Below, piece after piece: positions 27,001 through 39,506 of a stretch of 44,910 nucleotides of DNA. The position numbers were made by a program, and so were the translations under genes. The stretch lies in sequence record SRR22947725_1148; one strand, 5' to 3'. The notes beneath the pieces are model-generated. The model did no database searches. It had not been told where the DNA came from and saw only the letters and a list, made by a program, of their open reading frames with translations. The number at the start of each line of letters is the position of its first letter. The first letter of the stretch is position 1.

Positions 27001-28089
27001 GAATTTGCAAACTTACATAGGAATGGCGATTTAAAAGACAAGATAACCGTTATGTTTCGAAACTCCCTCGGAAGAAACCCAACTCAAAATGAGATCAAAC
27101 AATCAATTGATTACCTAACGGTTTCGGAGCAGGAAAGTGCGAAACAAAAAAATATAATACTGAAATTGAACGAGAAGAAATTAAATCTAAGCAAAGAGAT
27201 TTCAGGAATCATTGACCCTGTTCGGGAGAAATTAATCGAAAGCAAAAAATCTTCTACAGGTCCGAAAAAGAAGCATTCTCTTGATCCAGTTCTTCAATGG
27301 AACTTTGAAAGCGGACTGAAAGATCAAATACTAGGTCTGAAAGCCAACCTCAAAAATGGTGCTGCTGTGGAAAATGGAAGATTAATTCTTCGCAAAGGAG
27401 GACACGCGGTAACCGATACCCTACCAATAGCAGTTGCCGAAAAAACACTTTCTACTTGGTTAGAACTAGATAGTCTCAGCCAACGAGCTGGTGGAGTGAT
27501 CACAATACAAAGTACGAATGGTAGTGTTTTTGATTCGATTGTCTTTGCCGAAAAAGAGACAAGGAAATGGATGTCAGGTAGTAATGGTTTTTCCAGAACA
27601 AAGCCTTTTCCTTCCGCACCTCCCGAAAATATTGCCCATAACGAATTAGTTCATATTGCTATAACTTATTCCCTTGATGGAAAAATCACTGGTTATCGCA
27701 ATGGAAAAATGTATGGGAAGCCATACACTACAAGTCTTTACAAGTACCAGAAAAATAAATCTGTACTTACTTTTGGTGTCAGACACCTCCCGGCTAGTCC
27801 TCAACGTATGTTACACGGTAGTATCAGTCGGGCTTCTGTTTATGACCGAGCCCTTACTCAAAGTGAAATCAATACCATCTTTCATCCAGATTCCTATGTA
27901 AGTTTTAAGGAAGCAGAGAAGTCATTATCTATTGAAGAAATGAACTTGTACACAAAACTTACTGCTCAACGAAATTCTTTAGAAAAAAGACTCCTAGAAC
28001 TTGAGGCTAACGTAATTGCAGATAAACCAAAACTTCAAGATCTAGCTCTCGCCCTTTTTAATATGAAAGAATTCATTTATTTAAAATAA
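24073..28089 (+). CDS. PSD1 and planctomycete cytochrome c domain protein (PSCyt1 + DUF1549 + DUF1553) with inserted LamG-like domain near the C-terminus
   Basis: Signal-like [108 protein letters not shown]; LamG motifs [30 protein letters not shown]; terminal [11 protein letters not shown]. Confidence 0.92.
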   Translation: MVTRYLTLIFSSFFLLTPLKAINQAEFFESRIRPVLAENCYDCHNSINKSKSGLILDYKNGLIEGGDRGSAISLKDPKESLLLKVMGHEIKNLKMPKGGPKLSESIILDFEQWISNGAYDPREKPPTAEEFAKETSWEKIREKRKLWWSFQPVRTVNTYSAKKEHPVDQFLTKKIKDAGLVLNKNEEPLSILRRLSYALTGLPPSIEEQNRFTELSKENMDKAVHEFSDIMLNSPQFGERWARHWMDWVRYADSHGSEGDPRIPNAFRYRNYLIRALNADISFDQLVLEHIAGDLVEKPRINKVLGINESTIGTAHLRFVLHGFAPTDALDEHVRFTDDQIDTVTKTFLGLTVSCARCHHHKFDAISQDDYYALFGILSNGRPAQKVIDDPSTLHEHKDKLTSLKQEIKNEFVQSWMEIDIEKKLKNSTQKISPSDQALDFLMPWKKLHTLKAQEFSKEWERLKKQVEESRNRIVSRLQNSNKNYWNLGIQETYAKWKKSGSGLNEHSTKAGQFSLNFKGEEIIHNIMPAGVYTHLFSTKQNGTLSSPRFKFEKGNLWIRVIGDKGTTVRYSVWNYPRRGTVYQKSSPEPKVEKWIRFKTDYWAGETGYLEVTTSRDQPVEAGNAERSWFGVTEAFYAPHDEPAPRDEVSEILSPLFTTSLPATNSQDLAILYARVIKDAIKAWEDNSITDAQARILNSLIKQGILPNSLKKVPTCKNFISEYRKIESLIKAPRLAPGLLDGEPFEQALFERGNHKKPTHKVPRRFLEAIDPTPYPKDSIGRLEFAKDLLRKDNPFTSRVIVNRIWHHLFGHGIVRTPDNFGRLGEKPTHPELLDFLATKFREDEWSIKSMIKFLVTTKAFRASSKPSAKAQQSDPNNLLLSHANLRRLEAEAIHDSMLLASGRIKLDRVAEGVPEPSNSVRRSVYRQVKRNSLDPFLSVFDAPVPSSTKGRRDITNVPAQSLTLMNDPLVIRAAREFANLHRNGDLKDKITVMFRNSLGRNPTQNEIKQSIDYLTVSEQESAKQKNIILKLNEKKLNLSKEISGIIDPVREKLIESKKSSTGPKKKHSLDPVLQWNFESGLKDQILGLKANLKNGAAVENGRLILRKGGHAVTDTLPIAVAEKTLSTWLELDSLSQRAGGVITIQSTNGSVFDSIVFAEKETRKWMSGSNGFSRTKPFPSAPPENIAHNELVHIAITYSLDGKITGYRNGKMYGKPYTTSLYKYQKNKSVLTFGVRHLPASPQRMLHGSISRASVYDRALTQSEINTIFHPDSYVSFKEAEKSLSIEEMNLYTKLTAQRNSLEKRLLELEANVIADKPKLQDLALALFNMKEFIYLK

Positions 28090-28096
28090 ACTTCCT

Positions 28097-29497
28097 ATGA
28101 ATAGCCTACTAAATCGTCGTAAAATGCTCACCACTTGCTCAAGCGGATTTGGCATGCTTGCCCTCCAAGGACTGCTTGGGCAAAACAAGCTTTCAGCAAA
28201 ACCCCACTTCACACCCAAGGCTAAAAGTGTCATCTTCTGCTACATGTCCGGTGGAGTTTCGCACATCGATACATTTGATCCGAAACCAACCCTTAACAAG
28301 TTTGCAGGGCAACCCATGCCGGGCAAGGTCGAGCGTACCCAATTCAATAATAACGGAAATGTTTTCCCCTCTCCCTTCAAATTTAAAAGGTACGGACAAA
28401 GTGGAATTCCGGTTAGCTCAATATTTCCACGAACCGCTGAAATGATCGATGAAATTGCCGTGATTCGCTCGATGACCAGCAAAGTGAACGAACATGCACA
28501 GGGAAACTATGCTATCCATACTGGTTTTCCTTTCATGGGACATCCCACCGCAGGGGCTTGGGTAAATTATGGGCTTGGTAACCTCAATCAGAACTTGCCT
28601 GGCTTTGTTGTTCTACATAGTGGTGGATCGGTTCCACCCCATGGAGGAGTTGGATTATATGGAAGTGGATACCTTCCCGCAAATAACCAAGGATCTATTC
28701 TCCAGGTCGATAAAGATGAACCAATAATAAATGTAACACCAAGAGAATCAATTTTCTCACAACGTAAAAGATTAGATTTTCATAAATCCTTCGATCAACA
28801 ATTTCTGCAACAGGTAGGAAATAATCAACAAGTTGAGGCTGCCATTCAAAATCATGAAGTTGCATATAAAATGCAGGCTGCCGTTCCCGAGTTGTGTGAG
28901 ATCCAAGGGGAAACAGAAGCCACCAAAAAACTTTATGGCTTAGATTCTTCAGATATTCAAAAAGCAAGTTATGCCAAGCAGTGCCTTCTGGCCCGAAGAT
29001 TGGTGGAAAGAGGTGTTCGATTCGTTGAATTGAGCTGCTTAACGGAAAAACTTGGAGCGGGAGGAGCAGCTAACCCATGGGACCAGCATGGTGTTTTAGA
29101 AAAAGGACATTCGGCCATGGCTCACCAAGTAGACCAACCGATAGCCGGCTTACTTCAAGATTTAAAAGTCCGTGGTCTGCTAGACGAAACTTTGGTTATT
29201 TGGGCAGGTGAATTTGGACGTACTCCATTCTCCCAAGGATCGGATGGAAGAGATCACAACCCGTATGGATTCTCCATCTGGATGGCCGGTGGAGGAATTA
29301 AAGGTGGAACCGTTTATGGATCAACGGATGAATTTGGGTATCATGTAACCGAAGATAAATGTGACTTTTATGACCTTTGGGGAACGGTGCTACACCTGTT
29401 AGGTTTAGATCATGAAAACCTGACCTTTCGACATGGTGGTCGCGATTTACGACTTACCGATGTTCACGGGCGAGTACTGAACCCAATTCTTGCGTAA
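28097..29497 (+). CDS. DUF1501 family protein, Tat-type N-terminus
   Basis: [77 protein letters not shown]. Confidence 0.93.
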   Translation: MNSLLNRRKMLTTCSSGFGMLALQGLLGQNKLSAKPHFTPKAKSVIFCYMSGGVSHIDTFDPKPTLNKFAGQPMPGKVERTQFNNNGNVFPSPFKFKRYGQSGIPVSSIFPRTAEMIDEIAVIRSMTSKVNEHAQGNYAIHTGFPFMGHPTAGAWVNYGLGNLNQNLPGFVVLHSGGSVPPHGGVGLYGSGYLPANNQGSILQVDKDEPIINVTPRESIFSQRKRLDFHKSFDQQFLQQVGNNQQVEAAIQNHEVAYKMQAAVPELCEIQGETEATKKLYGLDSSDIQKASYAKQCLLARRLVERGVRFVELSCLTEKLGAGGAANPWDQHGVLEKGHSAMAHQVDQPIAGLLQDLKVRGLLDETLVIWAGEFGRTPFSQGSDGRDHNPYGFSIWMAGGGIKGGTVYGSTDEFGYHVTEDKCDFYDLWGTVLHLLGLDHENLTFRHGGRDLRLTDVHGRVLNPILA

Positions 29498-29516
29498 ACC
29501 AAAGTAGGGAAGAATA

Positions 29517-30062
29517 TTAAAACTTCTTTCCCAATGAACTACAATATTCGATAAAACCAGTTGCTTGATCACGTAACCTTTTATCCAAATCTTCACAGAC
29601 CACCCCTTTTTCCTTATCGACTGAGTTATAGACTGCCGGTACAAATACGCGCTTTGGAAAATTATAGGCATTACGATAACCAAACACTTGTTGTAAGTGT
29701 TCGACAGGTCGAAGTGCACCAAACTGTCCGGACGCGATACCCACATAACAAATAGGCCTATTTTCAAAGCTTTCAGGAAAAGGCAACATATCGATAAACA
29801 ATTTTAAAGCCCCGCTCATACTTCCATTATACTCTGGAGTTACCACAACTAAGCCTGAAGAATTGAGAATGAAATCTGTAAATTCCTCTACTTTTTTCGG
29901 TTTATTTGTATAGGCTTGAGGAGAAAAAGTTTCTGGGGGAAGATCGCTCAATTCTAAAACTTTATGTTCTACCCCAAGCTCCTGGTAAACCTGCCCCAAC
30001 CAGTTAGTCAAAACAGAAGACAAACTCCCCTCCCGATTTGTTCCTACAAGAAGCGAGATCAT
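29517..30062 (-). CDS. NADPH-dependent FMN reductase (flavodoxin-like)
   Basis: GTNREGSLS, VVTPEYNGSMSGALKLFID, GALRPVEHL; start overlaps the thrH stop (ATGA). Confidence 0.9.
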   Translation of the reverse strand: MISLLVGTNREGSLSSVLTNWLGQVYQELGVEHKVLELSDLPPETFSPQAYTNKPKKVEEFTDFILNSSGLVVVTPEYNGSMSGALKLFIDMLPFPESFENRPICYVGIASGQFGALRPVEHLQQVFGYRNAYNFPKRVFVPAVYNSVDKEKGVVCEDLDKRLRDQATGFIEYCSSLGKKF

Positions 30063-30661
30063 GAGGCCGTTTTTTGTATGAAGGAGTGTAATTGCTGGTA
30101 GTCAGATACAATAGGCATATCAGGATACTCGCTCACTAAGGAACTTGGCGGATTAAATAAAGTACAATAATCGGCAGTCTTTAACATTCCAATATCATTA
30201 TAACTATCTCCCGATGCGATGACTTCAAAGTTAAGTTTTTGCAGATACTGTACCGATTTTCTTTTATGGTCAGCTAGTCTCAATTGAATCGCTTTTATTT
30301 TATCATTCTCATCCACGACAAGCTCATGACAGAATAAAGTCGGATATCCTAACTTTTTCATCAACGGACCCGCAAACTCTTTAAAGGTATCTGATAGAAT
30401 AATTAATTCATAATCCTCTCTAATCGTCTCTACAAATTCGAATGCACCCGGAAAAGGATTTAATGTGCCAATAACCTCTTGTATTTCTGTTAGTGTGAAA
30501 CCATTCTTATCCAGAATATCCAAACGATATTGCATAAGCACCTCGTAATCGGGCTCATCTCTAGTAGTGCGCTTTAATTCATGGACTCCCGTTTCTTCCG
30601 CAAATGCTATCCAAATTTCGGGAACTAGTACTCCTTCTAAATCTAGGCAAACAACCTGCAT
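30059..30661 (-). CDS. thrH: Bifunctional phosphoserine phosphatase/homoserine phosphotransferase (HAD family)
   Basis: [54 protein letters not shown]. Confidence 0.95.
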   Translation of the reverse strand: MQVVCLDLEGVLVPEIWIAFAEETGVHELKRTTRDEPDYEVLMQYRLDILDKNGFTLTEIQEVIGTLNPFPGAFEFVETIREDYELIILSDTFKEFAGPLMKKLGYPTLFCHELVVDENDKIKAIQLRLADHKRKSVQYLQKLNFEVIASGDSYNDIGMLKTADYCTLFNPPSSLVSEYPDMPIVSDYQQLHSFIQKTAS

Positions 30662-30666
30662 AAAAA

Positions 30667-32148
30667 TTATGGTAACGAGGTTTCGCCCATTAAGAAACGA
30701 TCACATTCTCTTGCAGCAGCCCTACCTTCATTAATTGCCCAAACAATAAGTGACTGGCCTCTTCTCATGTCACCAGCAGAAAAGACTCCTTCAATGTTTG
30801 TGTTAAATTTTCCATATTCAGCGTGAATATTGGATCGAGAATCTCTTTCTAGCCCTAATTCCTCCGCAATGATATCTTCGGGTCCAAGAAAGCCCATAGC
30901 TAAAAATGCAACTTGTGCGGGAATTTCGCGCTCTGAACCAGGAACCTCCACGGGTGTAAAGCGCCCATTGTCTTGTTTCCATTCAATTTCATGAATCAGA
31001 ACAGCTTTTAAATTACCATTTTCATCTCCGACAAATTTCTTTGTTGCTGTTAAATAATTTCGAGGGTCATCGCCAAAAATCTCTTTCGCTTCTTCTTGGC
31101 CGTAATCCATCTTATAAACTTTAGGCCATTCAGGCCATGGGTTATCAGAAGCACGTTCTTCCGGAGGTCGCGGCATAATTTCAAGCTGCGTAATACTTGC
31201 ACAACCATGTCGCAATGAAGTTCCGACGCAATCAGTACCAGTATCTCCACCACCTATTACAACTGCATCTTTTCCCTTCGCCGCTGTCTCAAATGAGGTA
31301 ATGTCTTTTAGTTCCAACAGTCCTTGAGTATTTTTGGTTAAGAACTCCATCGCAAAATGAACCCCATTAAGTTCCCGTCCTTCAATAGGGAGATCCCTGG
31401 GTTTCGTAGCACCACAACAAAGCAAGACCGAATCATAATCTTCCAGTAATTGTTTGGCGGGTATATCTTTACCGATCTCAGTGGATACTACAAATTCAAT
31501 TCCTTCCTCACTCAATAAATCGACTCGCCTTTGTACAATTTCCTTATCTAATTTCATATTAGGAATTCCATAAACAAGTAGACCGCCAATTCGGTCTGCC
31601 CGCTCGAAGACCGTTACTAAATGCCCAGCTTTGTTTAATTGATCTGCCGCCGACAAACCGGCTGGTCCTGATCCCACAACTGCAACCTTTTTACCCGAAC
31701 GGGACTTGGGAGGGTTTGGCTTTACCCACCCTTCAGCAAATCCTTTATCAATAATGGAACATTCAATACTTTTAATTGCCACTGGTGGTTCAATAACACC
31801 CAGTACACAAGACCCCTCACAAGGTGCAGGGCATACCCGACCGGTAAATTCCGGAAAATTATTTGTTTTGTGAAGCCTCTCTAAAGCATCCTCCCATTTA
31901 TTGTTATAAACAAGATCATTCCATTCCGGGATCAAGTTGTTAACCGGGCATCCACTTGCCATATTGCTTATTGTCATTCCAGTATGGCAATAAGGTGTTC
32001 CGCAATCCATACACCTCGCCCCCTGAACACGAACCTTCTCTTCTTCGAAAGGTTCATGTATTTCATTCCAATCTTTTACACGCTCGGTTGGAACACGATT
32101 TGGTATTGGTCGTCTTTCATGTTCTAAAAATCCTGTAGGCTTACCCAT
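30667..32148 (-). CDS. gltD: Glutamate synthase small (beta) subunit
   Basis: [74 protein letters not shown]. Confidence 0.97.
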   Translation of the reverse strand: MGKPTGFLEHERRPIPNRVPTERVKDWNEIHEPFEEEKVRVQGARCMDCGTPYCHTGMTISNMASGCPVNNLIPEWNDLVYNNKWEDALERLHKTNNFPEFTGRVCPAPCEGSCVLGVIEPPVAIKSIECSIIDKGFAEGWVKPNPPKSRSGKKVAVVGSGPAGLSAADQLNKAGHLVTVFERADRIGGLLVYGIPNMKLDKEIVQRRVDLLSEEGIEFVVSTEIGKDIPAKQLLEDYDSVLLCCGATKPRDLPIEGRELNGVHFAMEFLTKNTQGLLELKDITSFETAAKGKDAVVIGGGDTGTDCVGTSLRHGCASITQLEIMPRPPEERASDNPWPEWPKVYKMDYGQEEAKEIFGDDPRNYLTATKKFVGDENGNLKAVLIHEIEWKQDNGRFTPVEVPGSEREIPAQVAFLAMGFLGPEDIIAEELGLERDSRSNIHAEYGKFNTNIEGVFSAGDMRRGQSLIVWAINEGRAAARECDRFLMGETSLP

Positions 32149-32181
32149 AACTTTTTTTAAATCTCCTTAATGAAGTTTATA

Positions 32182-35100
32182 TTAATGACCGGCGGCCACA
32201 TTTTCTTCGAATGCTGCCTGAGCTGCATCGTCTCCTTTTAATCCTCGTTCTTCTGCTTTTTTTAATGCCAGTAAAACACGTTCATAATCCTCGGGTAAAA
32301 TTTTGATAAACTTGTTTGAAAATGTTTCCCAATCTTCAAGAATATCTTGTCCTCTTTGCGAACCCGTATAATCAACATGCTTTGCAATCAATTCTTTGAC
32401 CTCGAGGATTTCCGAATCATCACATTCTACCAATGGGTACACTTTTACCATTTCATGGTTCAATCTTTTATTCGAAAATTGGCCATCCTCATCAAGAACA
32501 TAAGCTACCCCGCCAGACATTCCGGCTGCAAAGTTTCTCCCTGTCTTACCAAGGCATAAAACGAGTCCTCCTGTCATGTACTCACATCCATGGTCACCAA
32601 GCCCTTCAACAACTGCTTTGACACCTGAGTTTCTCACGCAAAACCTTTCTCCTGCCACTCCGGCGATATATGCCTCACCCCCTGTGGCTCCATAAAAACA
32701 TACGTTACCCGTAATTATATTTTCATGAGCAACAAAAGATGAATTCTCGGGTGGTCTTACAATTATCTTAGCCCCGGATAAGCCTTTTCCACAGTAATCA
32801 TTCGTGTCACCCTCGACTTTAAAAGTCATGCCGTTGGGGCAAAAAGCACCCAAGCTTTGCCCAGCAGAGCCATTTAATTTTATTGTAATAGTATCATCCG
32901 GTAATCCAACTGGACCAAATTTTCTGGAAACTTCAGCACCTGTTATAGTACCCACCACACGATCGGTATTGACTATAGGTAAATCAATTTCAACTGCTTC
33001 ACTATTCTCAAGTGCTGGTTTAGAAGCATTCAGGATCTCTCTAAGATCAAGGGAATTATCGAGCAAATGGTCCTGCTTCATTTGACAGTATGTCCCCACT
33101 TCAGGACCCACATCAGGACGGTATAAAATTTTTGAATAATCAAGGCCCTTTGCTTTCCAATGATCCACCGCGTTGCGTAGTTCTAACCTGTCCACCCGGC
33201 CAACCATTTCATTAATCGAGCGGAACCCAAGCTTGGCCATCGTTTCGCGCATTTCCTCGGCGATGAACTGCATGAAGTTTACTACCGCATCCGCCCCTCC
33301 TGCAAATTTCTTGCGGAGACGAGGATCTTGAGTAGCGATACCAACGGGGCAGGTATTTTTATGACAGACTCTCATCATCAAACATCCCAGCGTGACTAAA
33401 GGAGCAGTCGCAAAACCGAATTCCTCCGCACCTAATAAGCAAGCAATGGCAACATCTCGTCCCGTTTTAAGCTGACCATCGGTTTCTAAAACAATTCGAC
33501 TTCGCAAATCATTGAGAAGAAGAGTCTGATTTGTTTCTGCAACCCCTAATTCCCATGGTGCTCCCGCATGCTGGATTGAAGACCGAGGCGAGGCACCAGT
33601 CCCACCATCATATCCTGAAACAAGAATTACATCCGCTTTTGCTTTTGCTACTCCTGCCGCAATCGTACCCACTCCCACTTCAGAGACGAGTTTTACATTT
33701 ACCCGAGCATGAATGTTGGAGTTTTTAAGATCATGAATCAATTCAGCTAAATCTTCAATTGAATAGATATCGTGATGGGGTGGCGGAGAAATTAATCCCA
33801 CTCCTGGTGTGGTTCCCCTGGTTTTTGCGATAGGCGGTAAGACTTTATGACCAGGCAGTTCTCCACCCTCGCCAGGTTTAGCACCTTGAACAATTTTAAT
33901 TTGGATTTCATCTGAATTGACCAAATAATAACTAGTTACACCAAATCTGCCACTTGCCACTTGTTTAATTGCCGATCTACGGGAAGTTCCATCAGGGTCT
34001 GGTGTAAATCGATCGAGATCCTCTCCTCCCTCCCCTGTATTGGACTTACCACCAATTCGGTTCATCGCAATGGCCAAACTTTCATGTGCTTCTTTGGAAA
34101 TTGAACCATAAGACATTGCGCCTGTCTTGAATCTTTTAACTATTTCCGAAGCAGGTTCGACCTCTTCTAGCGGGATTTCAGTTTGATCATCAACCTTGAA
34201 CTCCATCAGTCCCCTCAATGTATAGAGATCCCTAGACTGGTCATTTACAGCATTCGAATATTCCCTAAAGACTTCATAATCTCCAAGCCGTGTAGCTTTT
34301 TGTAATTTATGAATAGTATTTGGATTAAATAAATGCTTTTCTCCAGTAGATCTCCACTGGTAAACGCCACCAGGGTCCAAGGGTAAAGCACGCTCATCGG
34401 GTCTAGGCGCAAAAGCAAAGCTGTGTCGGTGACGAGATTCAGAAGCAATTGCATCAATTCCTATTCCCTCCACTCTCGTGGCGGTTTTAGTAAAATATTT
34501 ATCTATGAGTAATTGATTTAATCCAATTGACTCAAAAATTTGAGCACCTCGATAAGACGCTACGGTGGAGATACCCATTTTGGACATTGTCTTAATGACT
34601 CCATTGAGATTAGCCTTCAAGAAATGCTTACAGGCAATCACAGGATCACCCTTAAGATCTCCAGTGACTATCATGTGACGAACAGTTTGAAGTGCTAAAT
34701 ATGGATTTATCAGATCCACTCCATACCCAATGAGTAAGGCGAAGTGTTGCACTTCACGAGGCTCACCCGATTCAAGAACGAGGGAGACTTTTGTCCTTGT
34801 CCCATTCCTTGTAAGGTGATGATGCAACCCTGAACATGCCAATAGTGCAGGCATTGCAGCCCGCTCAGAGGACAATTCACGATCAGATAAAATAAGAACA
34901 TTAACACCTTCGATAATCGCTTCATCAGCCTTCCGAAATAATGCCTCTAGGGCAATTTCTAGGTCTTCCCCATGAAGCTTTGAGCTATCGGGCTTAAATA
35001 GAATAGGTAAAGTTGATGACATAAAACCCGAGGGTAACTTACCCTTAAGTTGAGTTGTCTGAATATCGTCTATCAATGGTGAATCGTATTTGATCAACTT

Positions 35101-36783
35101 ACAACTTTTCGGACCGGGTTTTGTTAAATTACCTTCTGAGCCTACAAAGCTTATTGAAGCAGTTACTAGTTCCTCACGTATGGGATCGATCGGTGGATTA
35201 GTTACCTGAGCAAACAACTGCTTGAAATAATTATAGAGAGATTGGGATTTGTCTGAGAGAACTGCCAACGGTGAATCATTACCCATCGAACCAAGCGGTT
35301 GCTTACCAGATTGAGCACTTGGCCCAATCAAGAACCTAAGGTCTTCAAAGGTGTAACCAAATGCTTTTTGTGTGACAACAATTGAGGAAAAATCATCCTC
35401 CGTTTTGTGTTGAGGCAAAGGCAAAGAATTTGAGTTTATCATCGATTCCTTCAGCCACATCCCATACGGTTGTTCCTGGGCAATCGATTTTTTGAGTTCC
35501 GTATCGTCAATTATCCTACCCTGGTCCATATCGATTAAAAACATTCTACCAGGTTCAAGTCGGCCTTTTTTGACAACATTCAACGGATCGATGGAAGAAA
35601 GAACCCCCACCTCGGAAGCTAAAATTACTTTGTCATCCTTCGTTACGTAATATCGCGAAGGTCTCAACCCGTTCCTGTCTAAAACGGCACCAATTTGAGT
35701 ACCATCTGAAAAAGCAATAGAAGCCGGCCCATCCCATGGCTCCATAACGCATGCGTGAAATTCATAAAAGTCACGCTTGAATTGAGGCATGTCCTGATGT
35801 TTTTCCCACGGTTCTGGAATCATCATCATCATTGCATGAGATAAACTTCGACCAGAGAGTATTAGAAACTCCAAACAATTATCAAACTTTTGTGAATCTG
35901 AACCGTCCTCCCTTATGATAGGAAGCAATTTTTTAACATCATCCCCAAATACATTGCTTGCAAGTTGCATTTGACGGGCATACAACCAATTTTCGTTCCC
36001 CCGTACAGTATTAATTTCTCCGTTATGACATAAATAACGAAATGGTTGTGCCCTGTGCCAGCTTGGAAATGTATTAGTTGAAAATCTAGAATGAGTCAGT
36101 GCTAGGGCAGACTCCATTGAAGGATCAAGTAAGTCCGGGAAGTAATCCGTTAGTTGTTGAGTAGTCAACATTCCCTTGTAAGTCATTGTTTTTGAGGAAA
36201 ACGAACTTACATGAAAACTAACATCAGGATCCTTGGAGCTGAACCTCAAGCGATGACTGATAATCCTACGGGCTAGATAAAGTTTTCTTTCAAAAGGTAA
36301 CCCCGGTTCAGTTCCTTGAGGGCGTTTAACGAAAAGTTGTTCCATTCTGGGTTCACATTCTGCAGAAGCTTTTCCTAAAATTTCGCTTCTTACGGGAACA
36401 GTTCTCCAACCAAGCAATTCCATTTCAAGTTCAGCAAGAACTTCTGCGGTTACAGTTTTTTCATTTGAATATAAATCCTCATCTTTAGACAGATAAATGA
36501 ATGCGGCACCGTAATCTCCCTCAGGAGGTAGAGTTAATGACATTTCTGCAAAACATGATTTCCTAAGAAACTTGTCAGGCAATTGGATAAATATACCGGC
36601 ACCATCTCCAGTAATGGGGTCACATCCGCATCCGCCTCGATGATCTAAATTTACGCAAATTTCTAGCGCTCCTTGGACAATTTCGTGAGAGCGCCTGCCC
36701 TTCATGTCTACAATCAAGCCTATTCCGCAATTCTCATGTTCGTTTGCGGGATCGTACAATCCTTGTTTTTGGGGTAATGTCAT
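32182..36783 (-). CDS. gltB: Glutamate synthase large (alpha) subunit
   Basis: [97 protein letters not shown]. Confidence 0.98.
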   Translation of the reverse strand: MTLPQKQGLYDPANEHENCGIGLIVDMKGRRSHEIVQGALEICVNLDHRGGCGCDPITGDGAGIFIQLPDKFLRKSCFAEMSLTLPPEGDYGAAFIYLSKDEDLYSNEKTVTAEVLAELEMELLGWRTVPVRSEILGKASAECEPRMEQLFVKRPQGTEPGLPFERKLYLARRIISHRLRFSSKDPDVSFHVSSFSSKTMTYKGMLTTQQLTDYFPDLLDPSMESALALTHSRFSTNTFPSWHRAQPFRYLCHNGEINTVRGNENWLYARQMQLASNVFGDDVKKLLPIIREDGSDSQKFDNCLEFLILSGRSLSHAMMMMIPEPWEKHQDMPQFKRDFYEFHACVMEPWDGPASIAFSDGTQIGAVLDRNGLRPSRYYVTKDDKVILASEVGVLSSIDPLNVVKKGRLEPGRMFLIDMDQGRIIDDTELKKSIAQEQPYGMWLKESMINSNSLPLPQHKTEDDFSSIVVTQKAFGYTFEDLRFLIGPSAQSGKQPLGSMGNDSPLAVLSDKSQSLYNYFKQLFAQVTNPPIDPIREELVTASISFVGSEGNLTKPGPKSCKLIKYDSPLIDDIQTTQLKGKLPSGFMSSTLPILFKPDSSKLHGEDLEIALEALFRKADEAIIEGVNVLILSDRELSSERAAMPALLACSGLHHHLTRNGTRTKVSLVLESGEPREVQHFALLIGYGVDLINPYLALQTVRHMIVTGDLKGDPVIACKHFLKANLNGVIKTMSKMGISTVASYRGAQIFESIGLNQLLIDKYFTKTATRVEGIGIDAIASESRHRHSFAFAPRPDERALPLDPGGVYQWRSTGEKHLFNPNTIHKLQKATRLGDYEVFREYSNAVNDQSRDLYTLRGLMEFKVDDQTEIPLEEVEPASEIVKRFKTGAMSYGSISKEAHESLAIAMNRIGGKSNTGEGGEDLDRFTPDPDGTSRRSAIKQVASGRFGVTSYYLVNSDEIQIKIVQGAKPGEGGELPGHKVLPPIAKTRGTTPGVGLISPPPHHDIYSIEDLAELIHDLKNSNIHARVNVKLVSEVGVGTIAAGVAKAKADVILVSGYDGGTGASPRSSIQHAGAPWELGVAETNQTLLLNDLRSRIVLETDGQLKTGRDVAIACLLGAEEFGFATAPLVTLGCLMMRVCHKNTCPVGIATQDPRLRKKFAGGADAVVNFMQFIAEEMRETMAKLGFRSINEMVGRVDRLELRNAVDHWKAKGLDYSKILYRPDVGPEVGTYCQMKQDHLLDNSLDLREILNASKPALENSEAVEIDLPIVNTDRVVGTITGAEVSRKFGPVGLPDDTITIKLNGSAGQSLGAFCPNGMTFKVEGDTNDYCGKGLSGAKIIVRPPENSSFVAHENIITGNVCFYGATGGEAYIAGVAGERFCVRNSGVKAVVEGLGDHGCEYMTGGLVLCLGKTGRNFAAGMSGGVAYVLDEDGQFSNKRLNHEMVKVYPLVECDDSEILEVKELIAKHVDYTGSQRGQDILEDWETFSNKFIKILPEDYERVLLALKKAEERGLKGDDAAQAAFEENVAAGH

Positions 36784-36810
36784 ATTTAAAAAAGTTTAGT
36801 GTGAACTGTT

Positions 36811-36838
36811 AGTATATTCTATATAACCAGCTCATCAA
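36811..36838 (-). promoter_or_regulatory. Candidate sigma70 promoter of the gltB-gltD-thrH-FMN reductase operon
   Basis: Minus strand TTGATG-N16-TATACT, ending 27 nt upstream of the gltB ATG. Confidence 0.45.
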
Positions 36839-36904
36839 GCAACAGAACGATCTATTTTGTAGTTAGGCTAGTAGTGGTCAAGAATTTTAGACCGAAAATC
36901 ACAA

Positions 36905-37534
36905 TTAGATTATCTTTTGATAAAGTTCTGTACAGATGAAATTTTTCTTAGTTTCATCAGTTTTCAATAAACGAAGACCATTTTCTTGGGCAAAATTTCT
37001 GAATGGTTCTACACGCCATGCACGAATTCCAGTAGTTAAATGAAAGAATAAATATAATAATCGGATTTTAAAATAATTAACATAGTTTTTATGATTCATT
37101 AAATCAATAAAATCACTGGTAATCCATAAGCCTTTTGTTAATAAAAGTGTACTACAAGATGGTACTAACTTATTGATCTGTTGGACTGTAAAACAATCCC
37201 AAAAGAAAAATGAACATATCAGATCAAATTTTTGATTGGTTGAAAAAGTTTCAATTGAAACACAGTGGAAATTAACGCGATCGAAGTTAGCCTTCGAAAC
37301 TTTTGATTTTTGGTAGCGAATCATCCTTGAAGATGAATCAACGATTGTTACAGAACAGTTATGATTAATCGCAAGCAATTCCTGGAGAAATCGCCCTCTA
37401 CCCTCCCCCAATAAAAGTACCGAATGGGAATTCATCAACTCATCGGTGAAAACCGTCCTCGCTAAATTTAATTGATTTCCAAAGAAAATATTTTCTCCGA
37501 TGTTATAAATAGGCGCAATGTGATCAAAACTCAT
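36905..37534 (-). CDS. Class I SAM-dependent methyltransferase
   Basis: MSFDHIAPIY, VLLLGEGRGRFL (motif I), VTIVDSS..M, FDLICSFFFWDCF, GLWITSDF. Confidence 0.88.
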   Translation of the reverse strand: MSFDHIAPIYNIGENIFFGNQLNLARTVFTDELMNSHSVLLLGEGRGRFLQELLAINHNCSVTIVDSSSRMIRYQKSKVSKANFDRVNFHCVSIETFSTNQKFDLICSFFFWDCFTVQQINKLVPSCSTLLLTKGLWITSDFIDLMNHKNYVNYFKIRLLYLFFHLTTGIRAWRVEPFRNFAQENGLRLLKTDETKKNFICTELYQKII

Positions 37535-37539
37535 AATAT

Positions 37540-38394
37540 TTACACAAAACTATAACATAAAGGAATAATCCAATAAAATTGATCCAATAAAATTATTTTT
37601 TGTATCTTACACATTTTCGATTTTATTAAAAATATAATAAAAAAATAAACTGTAAGAATTAAACTCAAAGAGATAATCTCTATATGGATGTTGAAAAAAT
37701 AGAGGCATAGATTTAATGACGATAGTAATAGTGTAAGTACACAAATTTCACTATAAAAGTTTTGATTCTTCAAAAAAGGAATGAGAGAAGGTTTTTTTAA
37801 ATCAAGGGTTTCATACTCCCATGAATTACTTAACGCACAATTAATCCAAAACAGGTGAGTGATCAAAAAAATCAATAGATAATTATTTACTTTTAATCCC
37901 TCGCACAAAATAACGGGTAAAAATACACATCCGATGGTTAAAATAATTGAAGTTCGAAGAGATTTGGAAATTAATTTAAAAAAAAACCGTGGTTCATAAA
38001 AACTCCAGACTTGATTTACCAAAACGATAGATAAAAGACCCAAACAGTAAAAGACTTCTGTTCGTTCAAAATTCAAACAAGTCAATAGAACAGAAACAGT
38101 TAAAACGACACCCCAAACAAAACCAAATTGTTTGTAGTTTTGATAAAAAAACAAATGTCTTTTAAATAATTTCCTTCCCGACTTTGCGCCTACGCATTCT
38201 AATATTCGGTCAGCACTGTAGGCTAGCCAAACAGAAAGTAAAAAAACTAACCTATTTGAATAAGTTAGTTCAACTTCTAAAATATCAGCAAAAAAGTCCT
38301 GCCATACGAGAACTACAAAAGGGGCATCTAAACTTAAAATGTTAAGGTATTCCGAAAATTTCAAAAATATATACCTCGTTTTAGTAAAGTTCAC
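37540..38394 (-). CDS. Polytopic membrane protein, possibly UbiA-prenyltransferase-like
   Basis: Multiple hydrophobic helices; LSLDAPFVVLVWQ, WLAYSADRILE, RHLF, WINCALSNSWE. 5 nt upstream of the methyltransferase. The UbiA assignment is tentative. Confidence 0.55.
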   Translation of the reverse strand: MNFTKTRYIFLKFSEYLNILSLDAPFVVLVWQDFFADILEVELTYSNRLVFLLSVWLAYSADRILECVGAKSGRKLFKRHLFFYQNYKQFGFVWGVVLTVSVLLTCLNFERTEVFYCLGLLSIVLVNQVWSFYEPRFFFKLISKSLRTSIILTIGCVFLPVILCEGLKVNNYLLIFLITHLFWINCALSNSWEYETLDLKKPSLIPFLKNQNFYSEICVLTLLLSSLNLCLYFFNIHIEIISLSLILTVYFFIIFLIKSKMCKIQKIILLDQFYWIIPLCYSFV

Positions 38395-38437
38395 CTTGTA
38401 TTTGCTATTTTGAAATTTTTTATTTATTAAAATTAGT

Positions 38438-38788
38438 ATGAAAATAAAAGCATACCTAAAACCTCAGTGCGGTTGGAGCATGGGAGTTCGTGCGATAATG
38501 GATAAATATTCATTAGAATACGAAGATCTCGATATTATCAACAACCAAGCAATATACGCGGAAATGGTAGAAAAGTCTTCTCAACCACTTTCTCCCTGCG
38601 TAGAAGTTGACGGTATAATGCTTGCCGATGTGAGCGGTGAAGAAGTGGAAAACTATCTTCTTAGTAACAAACTTGTTAATTCAACCTCAAACGAGGCAAA
38701 TGTACCAACTAACTCCCCATGCTCCGACGAAGAGCATGCAAGGCAAGCAAAAGAAGCACAAGAAGGCTCACCTGTTCGCTTTTTTTAA
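38438..38788 (+). CDS. Monothiol glutaredoxin-like protein
   Basis: YLKPQCGWS (CxxS-like), EMVEKSSQPLSPCVEVDG (cis-Pro loop), acidic C-terminal tail. Confidence 0.8.
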   Translation: MKIKAYLKPQCGWSMGVRAIMDKYSLEYEDLDIINNQAIYAEMVEKSSQPLSPCVEVDGIMLADVSGEEVENYLLSNKLVNSTSNEANVPTNSPCSDEEHARQAKEAQEGSPVRFF

Positions 38789-38817
38789 TTTAACAAAACT
38801 AAAACTAATTTGTAAAC

Positions 38818-39120
38818 ATGACTTATGTTGTAACCGAAAAATGTGTTGACTGTAAATTTACGAGTTGTGTCTCTGTTTGCCCAGTTGACGCATTCCATGA
38901 ACTACCCGATCGACTTTACATAAACCCAGAAACTTGCATTGATTGCAACGCATGCATGGACGAATGCCCTGTAGAGGCAATTTTCCCTGACATGGATGTT
39001 CCTGATGAATTACAAGAGTGGGTTAGCCTCAACGAAGAAGCGGAAAATCATCCTCAAATCGTTGGCCAAATTGAGGCATTGAAAGGCCCCAAATGCGTCG
39101 ATCCCAATGCGGATAATTGA
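38818..39120 (+). CDS. fdxA: Bacterial dicluster ferredoxin, FdxA-like ([3Fe-4S]/[4Fe-4S])
   Basis: MTYVVTEKCVDCKFTSCVSVCPVDAF (Cx2Cx4Cx3CP) and LYINPETCIDCNACMDECPVEAIF. Confidence 0.9.
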   Translation: MTYVVTEKCVDCKFTSCVSVCPVDAFHELPDRLYINPETCIDCNACMDECPVEAIFPDMDVPDELQEWVSLNEEAENHPQIVGQIEALKGPKCVDPNADN

Positions 39121-39506
39121 TCTTTCCTGAAGATACTTCCCCCATTTAGCGCAACCGAAGATGTCGCAAGAACTAAACTTGCACCTCTTGCATTTGACTC
39201 ACTAAATATTATGTATCTGCAAGCCTTGGAAGTTGTGCTGATTTCTCATCCGGAGAGGTACACTTAATTTCAATAATATTCTTCAAAGATAATTGTTTAT
39301 TTGTACGGCTTCCAAGATTACTTTCATCTTAGTATACAGTGAAATTACCTATATCCATCTACCTCCCAACAACCCATAATCAATAGTATATTTGTGAGTA
39401 TAATTAATTTCAGCACCTATGACGAGAGGCGGAATTAATGAAAAATTATCCTAAAGGAGAATTTTACTCCGATTAAGCTCTGCCACAGGATGGCAATTTA
39501 AGAAAG

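Noticed and set aside
8893-36895. Shared 9-mer TCGGTCTAA (minus strand) upstream of the PSD1 gene and of gltB
   Set aside because: The flanks and -35 positions do not match and a similar string occurs inside a CDS near 20990; it is probably chance.
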